NCBI GenBank assembly: GCA_008632985.1
Contig: QPGO01000010.1
Span: 496,001 to 560,000 of the forward strand
DNA: 64,000 nucleotides
From: Psammoneis japonica
Taxonomy: Eukaryota
Direction of reading: 5' to 3'
In this document: positions 62,001 through 64,000 of the stretch, in pieces
Numbering within the stretch: the stretch's first letter is position 1
Layout: every line of letters starts with the position of its first letter
The notes under the pieces: model-generated
What the model was told of the DNA's origin: nothing
What the model saw: only the letters and a program-made list of their open reading frames with translations
Database searches by the model: none
Position numbers and translations under genes: made by a program

Positions 62001-63850
62001 GTGCAAGTTCTGTCATTGTCACATGCTCACATTGCTGCCTGCAAACAAAAGGACCCAGCCAGTGAGCAAACTGCAGTCAATGATGGTGTGGGGGCACAGA
62101 CAAGGCACAGCAACAAAATGAGGCATCATGACTTGGTTTGTGCTGCAGATGTTTGCAACAAGAGCTTCCCATGCCCACAGCGTGTTTCAGCACATTTTGT
62201 CCTCTCACCCCCTTCTGGAGGAGCCAGCACACACTTGCTGCTCTCTTGCCAAAAATGCAGCTCAGCAAGTCAACTCTGCTCACATGTGCAAACAACTTTT
62301 TTCCAAAGATGGCTTTGCTGCAGTTGCTCATTTGCAAGCATGGGGTGGAGCACCAGTTGGGAGAGTTGTCCATTGTTGTTGATCTGCAAGCCTGTTCCAG
62401 CTCCAGGTGATCCACGATCCATCATGTGAGGTGCCAGCCAAAAAGTGCATTCAGCACAACAAACTTTTTTAATTTTGATTGTTTCAAAAATGGAAAGGTG
62501 AGTGCACATTAAAAAAATTGTGCACGCTCACCCTTCTGAAGTTGGAGTTTGTTGTGCCAAATGCAAAAATGGGACAGCGATGCATCGTGCCCCTTTTTTG
62601 GGCACCCCCTGGAGCTAGAGCAGGCCTGCAGCTGCACAAATCCAAAGATTGAAGCCCACTGCCAGCTGCAGATCCCTGCTTTAACTGGCAATTTTTAAGA
62701 GCTGGATGTTGTCACTGACAAGAGCCAATCCATTGTTGCTGGTGGCGGTCATTTGGGAAAAAAGAGAACAAAATTTATGGACCACATTTGCCCACTTCAA
62801 CCAGCCATTGAGACCAAAAGTGTTTCATTTGATGGAAGACAATTGCTGGTTGTGGCCACAGCACAAACACTCATTGTTGAGCAAATGCAGAACCTTGCCA
62901 TTGCCTGGATGTTGATTGCAGCACCACACACTGTGTTGTTGTTGTTGTTGTTGCGAGGGACCATCGCTCTGCAACAAGAACCTTTGCAGGTGAGCAACAC
63001 AGCCTCCCCTCCCCACTGCCACCTCTGCCCTCCCTTGAATCTCTCTGCCCGTCACTTTCTTAAATTTTTTCTGGACATCTTACCCACCTGGGAGGGTTGT
63101 CAGTGCTGTCTTGAACTGCCACATGCTTGCAAGTTGTTGCCAAACATTGCCACGGGGAGGTGAGCACTGGTTTTGCCATCTTTTTTGTGCAGCTCTGGCA
63201 CTTTTCTCTTTCTTCAAACATCGCCACATTGACGACAGAGGAGCTCCTCTCTCCTTCTTTTTTCCATGTGTTGTGCACTTGTCAATGTTGTCAGGTGACA
63301 GCTGTTGACCACACACAACAACTCTCTTGTTTTGATGTTGTCAATGTCTGCAAAATTCAGCAGCAGTCTCTCCACACCATGCCATGGGATCTCTTTTCTC
63401 TCTTTGAGCATGTGCATCATGCCTCTCAAAGCTCTGCACAGCTGCTGGTCATCTGCCCCTTGAAACTCAACACACCCATGTGTTTTTGGACAGCAGATGC
63501 ATTCCTTTGCCCACACAGGCTCAAATTGTCTCTCTAAAATCACTGGTGAAAACGTGTTTGTTCTTGGTCCCCACACCAGCACACACTGGGCTTGTCCAGC
63601 TATCAAATTGCATTTCAATGCAGCATGATTCTCTCGAAGCTTTTCCGAGTCCTTTTTGCACACAATCATGGCAGAGAGGAACTGGTGGACAGCACATGCA
63701 TCATTCATGGTGTCACAATGTCCTCAAGTCGAGAGTGCCGTTCACTTGGCCGAGAGGAAGCCGCGTGTGCAATCCATCCACTGCAATCAGCGTGCGTTTG
63801 AGGCAGTCGATCTAATCAAATCCAAATCACGATGGCACGCTAATGGCACG
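50030..63850. repeat. TpA/CpG-depleted domain 4: two diverged head-to-tail macro-units (~50030-57690 and ~57690-63850) with internal duplications
   Basis: 50045-50200 matches 57698-57810; 56220-57640 matches 62200-63825; a 1.2 kb block at ~51190-52450 recurs at ~58900-60140 and ~60300-61570. Confidence 0.8.
52888..55770 (+). mobile_element. 5'-truncated non-LTR retrotransposon insertion with 18 bp target-site duplication
   Basis: Identical TGTCATTGTTGAATGCTC at 52870-52887 and 55771-55788; single empty site at 62011-62028 in the second unit. Decayed C-terminal ORF motifs: LDCICQCNNW...TDWQVH, LVHELL..HQCNPVCPHSCLSCGHPMEDR, RWRQLFN, WQELWDAHNKNIHG. Confidence 0.75.
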
Positions 63851-64000
63851 ACATTGAACATGGGCACGCATCCAGCACAAAGCACAATCTACACTGAACA
63901 TTGTTGAACGTTGAACATTGAACCTTCACTGCGGCGGTTGTGGAGTCAGGGGGTCACATTGCCTCTCCTTTGGTTGTTACCGTTGTATTCTGCCTTGATT

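Overview
Eukaryotic genomic DNA, most likely from a diatom (compact genes with short GT-AG introns, tandem DUF6824-type genes, diatom-style Copia motifs); two N-gaps. A gene-rich core (about 13.3-49.9 kb) holds a mitochondrial carrier, three tandem DUF6824/CRAL-TRIO-like genes, MetAP1, WAPL, a FIST protein, a CMP-kinase-like protein, ALDH22-like, a metacaspase and others; SDHAF3 lies at the left edge. Four repeat/transposon domains (about 0.46-13.0, 25.2-26.7, 28.8-32.5 and 50.0-63.7 kb) are almost stripped of TpA and variably of CpG, with a large excess of TpG/CpA. Conserved Tyr codons of a Copia, a Crypton-like tyrosine recombinase (including its predicted catalytic Tyr) and a non-LTR fragment read as His/Cys, and edge copies of repeats keep TA where internal copies have CA/TG. 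This points to repeat-targeted TpA->CpA/TpG hypermutation, opposite in direction to fungal RIP, and is the main candidate for an undescribed system. All identifications come from motif recognition and counts by eye; no database search was run. Scattered 1-nt frameshifts in ordinary genes are probably assembly errors.
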